This document shows, one piece after another, positions 1 through 12,396 of a stretch of DNA of 46,405 nt. The position numbers and the translations under genes are program-made. This DNA comes from Macrostomum lignano (Eukaryota). Every line of letters begins with the position of its first letter. Position 1 is the first letter of the stretch. The notes beneath the pieces are model-generated. The model made no database searches, was not told the DNA's origin, and saw nothing but the letters and a program-made list of their open reading frames with translations. The stretch covers positions 1-46,405 of the forward strand of contig NIVC01004426.1 of the NCBI GenBank assembly GCA_002269645.1, written 5' to 3'.

Positions 1-454
1 GTGTATTCAGCACGCCAGTGAAGTATGAGACAGACCAGGCCTAAGGGCTACGGTCTGCGATGCTTCACGCCTGCCTATCTTAGCAGGTCAAGGCTGGAGA
101 GGGAGGTCTGCACCCGCTATTTGCCGCTGGCAGCCGCAGACCCCCCCCTCACGCTGTTTCACAAGTCGACCCAGGGTACTCGTCCCGCGTGTGTTCAAGG
201 CAGACCCTAGGGCTGCTGGACAGACTGGGCTCCGACGCTGGCGACCCATCAGTGGCTTCGGCCGAATTTGGGTATGCGGGTCTGGCTTGCCAGCCTGCAG
301 GCCGTGGTACTGCTTAACGTACCCCTAATGCCTAAGGTGTTTGACCGTGCCGATGGGCTGGAAGGCCGGGGGTTGTCCGGTCGCTAGCGGTCCTTTTCTT
401 TTTCTTCTTTCCTCTTTCTTTTGTGACTCAGCTCACTCCTTCCCGCTTTCAGCT

Positions 455-1907
455 ATGGCGTCATCCGCCTCTTTAACCCCGCTGAAGCCGGGGCCCCGGC
501 AACTCCGGCCGGTGACTCTGGCACCAGCGCCGCCCACCGGGGGCAGATGGGCTTGCGCCGGCTCGGCTGGTGACATGCCCGCACGCGCAACCGGGCCCTC
601 CGCTGAAGCCCGACGCACCCGCAACCAACGCCGCAACGAGTGGCGACGGCGACTACGGGGTACTGCGGGCCGGCCACCGGCGGAGGGGAACCTGGGAGGG
701 CGAGGCTGCTGTTGGGCCGAAAGGAACCACAGCAACCCCTGCCCCCAGGATACAACCCCCGCTGGTGAGCCACCCAGTATACCTGCTACAAGCGCGGCCG
801 GGCCTTCGGGAACCGCCGCCACCAACTACGCCTCAAAGGTCAAGCTCCAACCGGCGGTCATCGTCTTCGGGGAAGAGCAGGACCTCACGGCCGACGAGCT
901 CGACAGTGCCTGGCGCACCATCGATGCTGCGCTCATCGACCAGCTCCTGGCGGGCCGCCCTGTGAGCGTGGTCAAGTCTGCCAAGACCGACGGCTGCATC
1001 TTCATCTGGTGCAGCTCGGAGGAGAGCAGCCGCAATCTACGCGAGCTTCTGCCAAAGCTGAACTGGCCCAAGAAGCTCGGCAAGCTCGTCTTCGCCAGCG
1101 AGGGCGAACGACAGAAGACCCAGCGCTTTCGCGTCTGGATCCCGGCCGGCAGTGCCATTAAGTCCGGAGATCAGCTTAGGCAAATATTGCTAAAGCTGCC
1201 CCGACCTTAAGGTCAACGGGCTCCTACACCACGCCACTTCCCGCAAGGAGAAGGGGGCTACGGTGATCCTAGGGCTCTCTGATGACTGGGCTAAGCGCTT
1301 GCCGCCTAAGTCCACAATTCATATTGGTCTGACTCAGCTGACCATCCTCCGTTGCGAGGAGCGGAAAGCTGATGAAGCCAAGAATGCCAAAGCTTCCGAA
1401 ACCGGAACTGGGGCCAGGCTCCTCCGGCAAAGAAGCTGAGGCAAACGGCCGATCCTATGCCGGTAAGGCAGTTCGCGCTGCTGAAACCGGAAATCGCAAT
1501 CGCAGACCCGCCAGGAGCACCCGGAGGTCCGGCCTGATCCAGCGCGCGCTGGACCAGGCCAAGAACCTTCGTGCGCATGTGAGCGGGCCCGCGCTTCTCG
1601 CGCTCCACCCCAACAGCCAGAAGGCCAGACTCTAACGGGGAGGCTCCGACGACTGGTTCGAGTCTGTGACTCACCAGGAGGCTGGCGCCACCCGCATCGA
1701 CCTGACCGACGAGGCAGAGGGACGGGCAGTGACAGCACCGAAGCACGCAGGAGAGGCGACGGTAACGTCCACGCTGGGCTCACGTCCGCGGAGGACTCCA
1801 CAGCCACCCTAACTGCTGAGGACGCTGAAACTCCCATGGAGGTCTGCGGGTCACCCACCACTGAAAAGGAGGAGGATGACCTGCTCAACGATTCCCCAAC
1901 TGCGTGA
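455..1907 (+). pseudogene. LINE ORF1 (gag-like), frameshifted
   Basis: ATG at 455 (MASSASL). Frame breaks near 1205; a second frame continues DLKVNGLL..VILGLSDDW..IHIGLTQL. Acidic tail EEDDLLNDSPTA ends at TGA 1905-1907. The middle resembles DUF4780-type ORF1 (inference). Confidence 0.7.
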
Positions 1908-1909
1908 TA

Positions 1910-4900
1910 ATGATCAGCAACCAGGGAATCCATTGCCTGCAGATTAATCTGCAGCACTGCGTCGCAGCCTCGGTCAACCTTATGCGTTACGCGAGCTCGA
2001 CAAGCCGGGCTCATCCTCGTCCAGGAACCCTGGACTCTCAGAGGTAAGCCTCAAAACGCCCCTGCTGGCTACAATTGTTTTTATACTTACCCTCGCGAGG
2101 CCAACTAGCCTCCCAGAGCTTGCATCTTTGCGAGCAAAACGCTCAGTGCGTGGCTCAGATCGGACCTGTCCAACAGGGACATCTGCGTCATCCAATCGAG
2201 GACCTTCTTCCTGGGAAGACCACCCTCATTGCCTCGGTTTACCTACCAGGCGATGCTGCGGTCGTCCCAGAGCCCTCGCTACGCTGGTAGAGCTCTGCTC
2301 TGCCAAAAACTACGAGCTCATGGTTGCCGGCGACATCAACGCCCACCACACTCACTGGGGCAGCACTGGCATTAATCAGAGAGGCGAAGACCTCCTAGCC
2401 TACGTTGCCTCTACGACCCTCGAGTTCTGCAACTCTGGGTCCACCCCTACCTTTGACAACGGACGGTGGTCGGAGGTGATCGACGCTACGCTCGCAACGC
2501 CCAGACTCTACCAGAGTATTGGGGCATGGCGGGTGCTTCCAGTGTCCTCACTATCGGATCACAAGTTCATCTCCTTCAACCTAATGGCCCGCGTAGCGCA
2601 ACTCGTGTTATGTGGAGACGGAACGCCAGAAATACGGATTGGGAAACCTTCGGGCTCGCCCTGAAGGAATTCCATCGGTCTCCTGGCCAACCATCCACGA
2701 TCACGTCGTGCCGAGAGGCGGATGAGTGCGCGACTGTTTTGACAGAGACGCTAACTGCCGCCTTTGAGGCGTCCTGCCCTTTAAAAGCCTATAAAGGGAA
2801 AAAATCGGCGCCGTGGTGGAATCCAGAGCTTGGCAACCTCCGTCGCAGGGCTAAGAGACTCCACCGCAGAGCAACTAAAACTAAGAGCCCTGCAGACCAA
2901 ACCACCTATCATGAAGCAATTCATGAGTTTAAAAGGCAGGTTAGGAATGCAAAGGCTCAAAAATGGCGACAATACTGTGAGGAGCTAGAGGGCTCACGCC
3001 CCACCTCCAGAGTTGTGAAAGCGCTCACGCTGGACAAAATGTCTAAGCTCTCCTCGGTCAAACGCACCGACGGTACGTCCACGGACAACCCAGGGGAAAC
3101 GCTTGATGTAATGCTCACTGCGTTTTTCCCTAACGAGCCAGCTAACCAGACCACTCCGGATCACTCGGAGGGAGGTCACGCGCTGGCTGCATCTATCATC
3201 ACGGAGGACCGCATTGTGAGAGCGGCAAATTCCTTCAAGCCTTTCAAAGCCTCAGGACCCGACGGCATTGTACCGGCCCTTCTAAGAGAGGCGGTTAAAT
3301 GCCCAGGCTTCCTGCGCAAACTTTGCAGCCTTCTTCGGGCATGCATCACGCTTGGTTATGTCCCGCAGGCATGGACCGAGGCAAAGGTGATCTTTATCCC
3401 TAAGCCAGGCCGCCCGGACTACCATTCTATCAAATCCTTCAGACCGATCAGCTTGACCTCCTCCCTGGTCAAGCTGATGGAGAGACTGGTGCTTTGGCGC
3501 CTTCTCTCTGTTGAGCTGAAGAACAAACCTCTCAGCAAGAACCAGCATGCTTTTCGGGCGGGTCGCTCCACTGAAAGCGCGCTGCACGTCCTGGTTGATA
3601 AACTCGAGAAGGCCGTGCTTGGTAGTGGCTTTGCTCTGGGGATCTTCCTGGACATCATTGGCGCCTTTGATAACGTCCTCTTTGAGGCGTTCCGAAGAGC
3701 TCTTTGTGAGAGGCTAACGCACTCACATCTCACCAGATGGATCATGTACATGATCAGCCATCGCACGGCCACCGCCAGTCTGCTGGGCTACCAGAGGACG
3801 GTCCCCGTCTGCAAAGGTAGCCCGCAAGGTGGGGTGCTGTCTCCAGTTCTCTGGAATATGGTCATCGATGAGCTCCTCCGGGATGTTCGGCCTGACCCCA
3901 TTCTGAAAGTTGGATATGCGGACGATGTCACCGCGGTGGCATCTGGTCCGTCCCCTGATACCCTCAGGGACCTTCTTCAGAACTTCATCTACGCTGCTGA
4001 GCAATGGGCGGACTGCTGTGGTTTAAGGCTCTCTGAGACTAAGACCGCAGCGATCATGTTCACCAGCAGGACCAAGTGGCAGATTCGGCCGCTCACGCTT
4101 TACGGAAGGGAAATCCCCTTCTGCAAGCAGACTAAATGTCTGGGTATTACCCTGGACCACAGGCTGAACTGGTCACCCCACGTTCAAACAAAAGCCAAAA
4201 AGGCCTTCGCAGTCCTCGCGCAATTGCGCAGGGCTGTCGGCACCACCTGGGGGCTCACCCCCAAGCGCCTCTGGTGGATCTACACTGCAATGGTTAGGCC
4301 CGCTATCTCGTATGGCAGCCTGATCTGGGCTAGCGCCCTGCAGATAAAGACCTGTCTAGAGGCTCTCAGGAGAGCGCAAGGGCGCGCTTGTCGCACGATC
4401 ATGAGCGCCCCTCCGTCTGCTCCCTACGATGGCCTCAACGCCTTCCTCAACATTCCTCCGCTGGACATCTTTGTCCGCAGGGAAGCGGCTAAGACTGCCC
4501 GCCGTCTAGCTGATGCTGGCATTCGAATCCAGCCCCATAGGGCCATGGCTAAGCGCAAGCTTCTGCCCCACGCTGACCTCTGCCTCAAGGACTTGAGAGA
4601 CAGCGGCGGGCTCCACGTCCTATCTGACGGCGAACCCCGCACTCTCAACACCTCTTTCAGCGCTACAAGGTCACCATCCCCTCTAGGGATGCTGCCAATG
4701 ACCACTGGAATTTCCAGGAGGTCCATTGCTACACGGACGGATCCATCAAAGACGGTCGCGCCGGCTTTGGGGTCTGCATCATCATCAACGGCCGCGTAAT
4801 TGCCACGCATGCCCAGCACACTGGTAGATTCTCCACAGTCTTCCAGAACGAAGTCCTTGCCATCAGCTCTTGCGCTGCAGAGCTGAACGCCAAGGTTACA

Positions 4901-5611
4901 AGAGGAAAGACTATTGTCATCCACTCCGACAGCCAAGCGGCCTTACAGGCCCTTTGCCACACCACAACGAACTCCCGGACAGTCGCCGACTGCGCCCGGC
5001 AGCTCAACCTCCTGGCCAGAAGCAATACTGTCAGGCTGAAGTGGATCCCAGGGCACGCAGGGTTTCCGGGGAACGAGCTGGCAGACACCCTCGCCAAGAG
5101 GGGCGGCTCTGGCTCTTTTTTCGGCCCTGCCCCCCTGGTCCCTATGCCCTTGACAGTCATCAATCGTCAGATCGACGACTAGGCTGACTCCCTCCACAGG
5201 GACAGATGGGCGGGCACCCAAAACTGCCGGCAATCTTGTGCCGCGGTTCCTTGCCCGTCTCACAGGCTCAGAAACATCCTTCTGAACCAGAATCGGAAGG
5301 ATATTCGAGCCCTTGTCATGACCCTTACCGGCCATGGCTACCTCGCCAGGCACTGCTTCCTCCGAGGCGACCTCGAGAGCGAAATTTGCCCCTTTTGCGA
5401 GTGCGACAATGAAGATGCTCAGCACTTTGTCTGTCACTGCCCCTTCTTTAACAGAGACCGGCTACGCTACCTCGGGCTGAACCCATCCATTGATGAGGTT
5501 TGCCAGCCCGACAGCATCCCACGGCTCATCCAGTTCCTTCGGGCGACTAGACGAGCCAGTTTTTTCCCAACGGAAGATCACGCTGCAGGACGGACCGGCG
5601 GACCACCCTGA
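1910..5611 (+). pseudogene. LINE ORF2: AP endonuclease - reverse transcriptase - RNase H - zinc knuckle, several frameshifts
   Basis: Starts MISNQGIHCLQINLQH at 1910. Pieces include track ORFs 2128-2664, 2466-4799 and 5318-5611; RNase H lies in a shifted frame around 4700-5150. Confidence 0.92.
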
Positions 5612-5716
5612 CCGGCCCCACGCCTCTGCCTGTCTGCGGGCCTTCAGGGGCTAGCGGAATGGGCGACCCTCGCCTCCCCGCTGTGTCTACGGACCACCCT
5701 GCAGCTAAGTCAAGTC

Positions 5717-6709
5717 AGACGGATCCTCCAAAGACGGCTTATCTGGCTTTGGAGTCTGTATCCTTATCAATGGCCACGTGATTGCTACTCAGGCCCAACA
5801 CACTGGCAGACTCTCCAGCGTCTTCCAGAACAAAGTCCTTGCCATCAGCTCCTGTGCAGCTGAGCTCCACTGCAGGGACTTCAAGGACAGAAGAATCTTC
5901 TTCCACTCTGACAGCCAGGCCGCTTTACAGGCCCTGTGTCACACCACTACGAACTCCCGAACAGTCCGCGACTGTTTCGGGCAGCTCAACAAGCTGGCTT
6001 GGAGGAACACTGTCCGACTTACATGAATCCCAGGACACGCCGGCTTCAAAGGCAACGAGCTTGCGGATTCCTTCACTAAGGTGGGCTATTCCAGCTTGCC
6101 CCTTGGCCCCGTGCCCTGGCCCCCATCCTAGCCACACTCATTAATTGTCAGATTAACAACTGGGCAGACATACTGCACTTGCGCAGATGGGATGGTATCT
6201 CTAACTGTCGCCAATCTTGTACGGCAGTGCCCAATCCGTCCCTCAAGCTGCGGAGAATCCTTTTGAACCAAAATTGAAAAGATATCCACGCTCTCACTAT
6301 GGCCTTCACAGGTCACAGTTGCTTTGCCAGGCACTGTTTCCTCTGAAGTGCCCGCCAGAATGAACTCTGCCCTTTCTGCAACCTTGAGAATGAAGATGCC
6401 AAGCACTTTGTCTGCTACTGCCCGGCTTTCAACCAAGACCGGCTCAACCACCTTGGGCCCAACTTGTCCCTGGACAACGTTTGTTGGCCCGAGAACATCC
6501 CACGGCTCATCTGGTTCCTACAGGCCACCAAGCGAGCCTCCGTCTTCCCCATAGAAGACAATGCTGCAGACAGGATCAGCAGACCTCCCTGACCGGCCCT
6601 GCACACTAGCCTATGCAGGTCTTTCAGGGATTAGCAGAATGGGCAACGCTCGCCTCCCCACTGCGTCTTTGGACTGCCCTGCAGCTAAGTCAAGTAAGTC
6701 AAGTCAAGT
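5717..6709 (+). mobile_element. Second, diverged 3' fragment of the same LINE family (RNase H to tail), decayed
   Basis: Collinear with about 4735-5716, begins at GACGGATCC (DGS of RNase H), contains premature stops, has the same 3' UTR and the tail AAGTCAAGTAAGTCAAGTCAAGT. Confidence 0.9.
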
Positions 6710-6742
6710 GTATAGGAGAATTGCAAGTGCAACTGCATACAT

Positions 6743-6897
6743 GCGCAACCTTGGAATCACTCGGCCGTTTCTATTGGCAGCACACACATGTAAGTCGCTA
6801 TTGGCTGAGAGAAGTCACATGATTACTATTCTGTCCAATAGCAACTTACATGTGTGTGTTGCCAATAGAAATGGCTGGGTGAATCCCTAGGTTGCGC
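6743..6897. repeat. Imperfect inverted repeat (about 62-bp arms, 30-nt loop)
   Basis: 6743-6804 GCGCAACCTTGG...CACACACATGTAAGTCGCTATTGG is the near reverse complement of 6835-6897. Confidence 0.9.
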
Positions 6898-7033
6898 CCA
6901 AGCATGTGCAACTGTATATTTGTCATTCTTATAGTCTCTCATTTACAATGTGATGAAGCTGTAAATAGATTTTTCTATACTTTAAGCAGTTACAAAAAAT
7001 GACTACACTTAGCTAGCTATATGTATTATTTAT

Positions 7034-7330
7034 GGGTGAGTGGCTGGGTAAAAGTGAATTAAGTGGGTGAGTGGCTGGGTGAAAGTGAATTAAGCGGGTA
7101 TGGCTGGGTGAAAGTGAATTAAGTAGGGGAGTGGCTAGGTGAAAGTGAATTAAGTGGGTGAGTAGCTAGGTAAAAGTGAATTAAGTGGGTGTGGCTAGGT
7201 GAAGGTGAATTAAGTGGGTAAGTGGCTAGGTAAAAGTGAATTAAGTGGGTGGGTGACTGGGTGAAAGTGAATTAAATGGGTGAGTGGCTGGGTAAAAGTG
7301 AATTAAGTGGGTGAGTGACTAGGTGATTAA
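7034..7330. repeat. Minisatellite, about 31-bp unit GGGTGAGTGGCTGGGTAAAAGTGAATTAAGT, about 10 copies
   Basis: Directly visible tandem units. Confidence 0.9.
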
Positions 7331-8099
7331 GCAGCAATCTTTGCATAGTACATAGCTAAACTTACTGGAATAAAGCTGCATAAAGGGTCTTATCACAGTG
7401 TAGAATATGCCATCTAGAAACCATGTTTCTGTGTTGGCCAGGATTTCAAGCTGCTTATCCGTGGTAAAAAGCAGATGGCACTTCTGTGTTCTGGCGACAT
7501 GGAGATCTGACTTACATGTAAGAAAGTTGGATGGAAGAGCCGCATCTTGCAGTTCAAATTTGAGATTTCTTGGATGCTGGGGCTGACTTCCAGCTCAAAA
7601 TCTATTTGTGTTTCTAGCTTGCTGCTTAACAGTTGGAGGATTTATTCCTAAATCATCGCACAGAGAGTGGGCAATCAGAGCACCTTCAGCTATTTCTGCA
7701 GCTGGCTTGAATTGGCATTGCTTTGTCTCCAAGAAATTTTGAATGAGAATAACTATTTGCCAATTTTATCTTCATGTGCTAGCATTGTGTTTTTGTAATA
7801 TATGAAACCTATTTTTTGTATGTTGTTCATTATTGCCTTGAAATCATTCTTAGTCTTATTCATTAGTTGCCTTAATATATATTTTTGTTTGTTTTCAATA
7901 TAAAATCACTATTTTTCTTATCACTATTTTAGACACTTTAAAAAGTAAGTATAAATGAATCAGTAACTCATTTTAGTACTGTATGTTTGCTATTATTCTT
8001 TTGTTTGATGTAACTTTGTTTAAAATAGTCTGCCATATTTATTAGAACTCATATATATATATATATATATATAGGTAGAAAATATACGGTAAATAAATC

Positions 8100-10820
8100 A
8101 TCTTCCAATCCTGCATCTTCCAATCCTCCAAGACTTCCCTAATTAGCCTAGCTAGACCCATGAAAGCTAAAGACCTGACCTATTGGCAAACCCAACCCCC
8201 CAGCTCCCAACCCCTTGCAAAAGTTAACCAGACCCAATATACAGAAGATTCATGGATTAATGAAGTGAGCCTTGGCCCTGAATCATCAAATGAACAGTAT
8301 AAAGCCATCATTGATCTTATGAAAGAAAACCATGAAGCTTTTTCCTAGAATAAACTTGACATGGGCCTGACACACTTAGTAACCCATAAAATCGCCATCA
8401 AAGACCCCACCCCCATTAGAATCCCAGCTAGACATATCTCCCCGCACTTGCAAAAGCAAGTTGATGCCCAATTAGACGATATGTTAGCTAAAAACCTAAT
8501 TAGACCCTGTTATTCAACTTACTCTACCCCCTAGTAATTGTCCACAAGGAAGATGGTTCCATTAGAATAGTTAGCGATTTCCGCATGCTCAACTCAAGAG
8601 TTAAGTATTACTCCTACCCCCTCCCCAACATCCAAGAGACCTTCTCCCACTTAACTAGTAGCCAATACTTTAGCAGTTTAGATCTTAATTCAGGATACTG
8701 GCAAGTCCCCATCAAAGAAGAAGACAAGCATAGAACCGCCTTCTCTACCCTAACTAGAGGCCAATTTGAATATCAAGTAATGGCCCAAAGACTTTCCAAT
8801 GCCCTCGGAACCTTCCAATGTCTAATGAATTTAGTCCTATTAGGAATTCAACACAAGTACACCATGTTCTATATAGACGATATAATAACCTATTCCCAAT
8901 CCTTTGCCAAATATTTAGATCACTTAAGAGAAGTGTTCAAGCGACTAATTGCCACAGGTCTAAAGCTGATACCCAAAAAGTGCAATCTTTTTCATCGCAA
9001 GTTAAAATATTTAGGACACGCGATTGGCCAACAAGGCATTCAAACAGACAAGACGAAAATTGAAGCTATCCAAACTTGGCCCCATCTCAAAGACGTAAAT
9101 GAATTATGCAGTTTTCTTGGCCTATGCAATTATTATTACCGATTTGTGAAGAATTATGCTGAAGTGGCTAATGATCATCCCCTATTTCAATTGACTTGAA
9201 AAGGAGTCCAGAATTTTTAATCTAAATGGAGCAAAGTGCATGATGAAGCCTTTGAAGCCTTAAAGCAGCGAATGATGTCTACCAAAGTGTTAGCCTACCC
9301 AAAATATGTCAAAGATGAAAATGTGAAGATGGTGCTCGACACAGATGCCAGTGATGACAGGATTGGTGCATGTCTTGGCCAAATCCAAAGTGATGGCATA
9401 GAGCAACCAATAGCCTATTTTAGTAGAGCAATGAAGGAATCAGAGAAGCGATACCCTGGAAAGAATTATTAGCCCTTGTCGATGCTATGAGGCATTTCAT
9501 ATTTTATCTGATCGGCAAGAAATTCTTAGCCCAAACTGACACAAAGCAATTATTTGGCTCATGAGACAGATAGAAACAACTGGAATCTTAGGTAGATGGA
9601 TAGAGCGCCTAAATGAATTCAGGTTCAACATTGAACACAGAAGTAGTGCAAAGCATTCCAATGCCAATGGATTGTTGCAACGACCAGCTGAGACAGCTGA
9701 AGCCCCTGAAGTATTCCCTAAAGCAGCACCTGAACTTGATAAAGCAACTCCTGAAGTTTCTGAAGTCCCTGAAGCAGCCCCTGAGCCTGCTGAAGCAATC
9801 TTTGAAGCCCCTGAAGCATCTGAATAATTTCTGAGAACCCTGAGCCAATCCTTGAGAAAATTGAGAAGTAACCCCTGTTCCCCTGAGAAGTAAAAAAGCT
9901 CTTGCTGAAACTAAGGACAGCCCCATGTCTTAGTCACCTGAAGCTCTGACAGAAAGTGAGACCCAGCCTGAATGTCCCCAATCTAGGCCAAAGCTAAATG
10001 TCTTATGTAGAGAAGTAGAAGAAAGAGAAGAAGAAGAGACAGGAAAGTGTGAAAAGTTGCTAACAGATTATCTTCCCAGCCCCCTGAAGAAAGAACAGAT
10101 TCAAGAAGCCCAATCTGCTGACCCCATCATTAGAGCTCTACTAGAAGCCAAGAATCAGAAACTGAGCCAATTTCCCAAAACACCAGATGTGCCAGAAAAG
10201 ATAAGTAGAAATTTCGAAGCCATGAGAATTGACAATAATTTACTGACCATATCTGAAGATGGAAAGAACAAAGTCATTTTGCCCCTATCCCTAGACAAAG
10301 CAGTCTTTATGACCTACACTATAGCCCCTCGCAGGATATCTAGGAAGAGATAAGACAATCCAAAGAATAAGAGACAGATTTTGGTGACCTGGACTGAGCA
10401 CCTCAGTTGAGCAGTTAATTGCTGAGTGTATCCCTTGCCTTGAAAGTAAGAAAGGTCACTTTGTGCAAGCCCCTATTTAATCATTCCCCATTGGTGAAGC
10501 TTTCAACCATCTGCATATAGACATTATTGGCCCAATTTCTAAAGAAAGCAAGCGAGGTCACAAATACATTTTAACAGTTTCACATATGTTTTAACAGTTG
10601 TGGATAGCACTACTTGATACCCCTTCTCTTTTTTTTAGAAAGCAAAGCATTGAATGAGGAAATTCCTCAACCCCTACCTCCCTCTCCTGCCTGCTGGATC
10701 CCAAGCCCGCGCACACCCTCCCCTACAATCTAAGGTGCCCAACCCAAGCCAAACACAGATACAACTGTCATCTAAAGCGCTTAATAACAGCCCTCAGTCT
10801 GTTGCGCAACCTCCAATTTT
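8100..10820 (+). mobile_element. Decayed Ty3/Gypsy LTR retrotransposon pol (RT - RNase H - integrase); gag/protease not seen
   Basis: RT (YPLPNIQE, LDLNSGYWQVPI, YIDD, KYLGH), RNase H (LDTDASD..IGACLGQ..IAYFSR), integrase zinc finger (GYLGRDKT..FW*PGL..CIPC), start of core (LHIDIIGP). The core is then interrupted; YNLR-type tail. Many stops. Order RT-RH-INT is Ty3/Gypsy. Confidence 0.92.
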
Positions 10821-11122
10821 AATCTTCCTACCCTTCTTTTGCCATCCCCAATTGCACAATAGACCCCAAATTTTACACAAAGAACTCCTCACGGGCAATG
10901 CCAATGTACAAGACCCCCTAGAAAAAATTGACCCAAAATGGAACTAGAGCCTAAAGAAGACGAAAAATAGAATGAGTCACAAAAATGAGGAATCTAAAAA
11001 AATCCAGGAACAAAGGGAATGATGAATAAACACTTCAACTGAGATTGCACAACTAAAAAACTTGCTCCCCACTGTTATCTGTCTCCCACAACAGCTATCT
11101 TGAATTCTTTGCATCATTCCCA

Positions 11123-12012
11123 ATGGCTAGTGAAGATGAGTTAAAAAGGCTGCAAGATAAGTTAAGCCTCAGTCCTAGTGAAGGAGAACTATTTGACAGT
11201 GATACTGAGAACAAGCTTCCAGTCCCTAAATGCCAACAGACCCAGCCCAAACCCACCAGCACTAAGCCACAACCATTATCCGTAGTTGTGTGCCCTCCAT
11301 CCTCATTGGTGTCTGGCAATCGAGTCCATCTAATGAAACAGCAGGCTGAAGCCCGGATCCCTGTCTCCCCTGCCATAGCTCAACGCCAACCCAAAGGCAG
11401 TAAACCCACTATTGCGCTTCCGCTAAGCGAAATTCCAAAATCAAGCACTAATCATCACCTAGGACCACGCCAGTCCACACCTTTGGCTTTGCCATATTGC
11501 AACCCTGATTGCCAGCCAAGAGATCCCCCATCAGGCAACTGCTACCACCCCCTATGGCTACACTGCTGCAGCATCAAGCTATTGCAAGGTCAGAATCCCT
11601 GATGGCTGAAGTTCCGCCTTTGATGCATGGAGTGGCTAAATCAAATTTGATCAAAGACATTAGGAGCAAATACAACAAGCTTATCTCGAAAATGACTGAG
11701 CCAAGTTGCAGCAAGTACCGCCACCTAGTTGCTAATCTGCAGCGCTATCTAGTGCACGTAGGGCACTTTCGCCTTGACAGCTATCCCTTCCCAGTGCGAG
11801 AAGACTTGCACGCCACTATTCAGGCCTTACAATGAATTTCAATTGCCCACACTGTTACAGCCTAGCAGCGTGTGGTTGCATACTCGCTGCTCGAGTTAAA
11901 CCACAGATGGGCCAATCAGGCCAACGTTTGCACCGAGATGCAGTGGCTTGGTCTAGAGTGCAGCTGGCCAGCTGCTGACCGGCTCCCGACGGAGTTGGTC
12001 CGCTACCTGTGA
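11123..12012 (+). pseudogene. Decayed accessory ORF A downstream of Gypsy pol, unknown function
   Basis: MASEDELKRL.. Pro/Ser-rich N-terminus. One frameshift joins it to a helical C-terminal region (LQRYLVHVGHFRLD..EMQWLGLECSWP) with two in-frame stops. It resembles ORF B. Confidence 0.55.
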
Positions 12013-12396
12013 ATTGACTCTGAAGTTTAATTTTTCTTTTTCAAACTGTACTACTAGTATTATTGCATGATGAAAAATACTCACTTATAAATTGTATTCC
12101 TATTTTTCATTAAGGAAGGCCAGATGTGCCAGCATTGTTTTTTTATAGTATTATGAAACCTATTTTTTGTATGTTGTTATGTATTGTTCGAAACTTGTTC
12201 CACATAAAAATCCTAGCAATGCTTAGTAACAGTGCGAACCAATGAGCGAGCCCACTAAACCCCCTCTCGGGCAAACACGAAGATGCGGTCCAGTTTCTCA
12301 GATATGTAATCAAGCCCCCTGCAGCTCCATAGACCCATCAATCACATCCCGCCTAGCTAAGAGCAATCATTCACAAGCAATTATCAAGTATAAGCC

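Larger units (their letters stand above)
1..5716 (+). mobile_element. Non-LTR retrotransposon (LINE) with RNase H, LOA/R1-like, near full length, frameshifted
   Basis: ORF1, then ORF2 with APE (LQINLQH, LVQEPW, AGDINAHH, SDH), RT (GSPQGGVLSP, YADD), RNase H (YTDGS, FQNEVLAI, IHSDSQAAL, WIPGHAG) and CxxC-x8-H-x3-C knuckle ([18 protein letters not shown]). 3' UTR ends in (AAGTC)2. Motifs PWWN and WIYTAMVRP resemble LOA-clade elements (recalled, not searched). 5' end uncertain. Confidence 0.93.

Noticed and set aside
433-6606. Antisense and alternative-frame ORFs over the LINEs
   Set aside because: Shadow ORFs of GC-rich coding sequence with no domain signatures.
7423-7752. Third paralogue of the accessory ORFs
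   Set aside because: About six stops in 110 codons is the random expectation, and the RLD and WL..WP motifs are absent.
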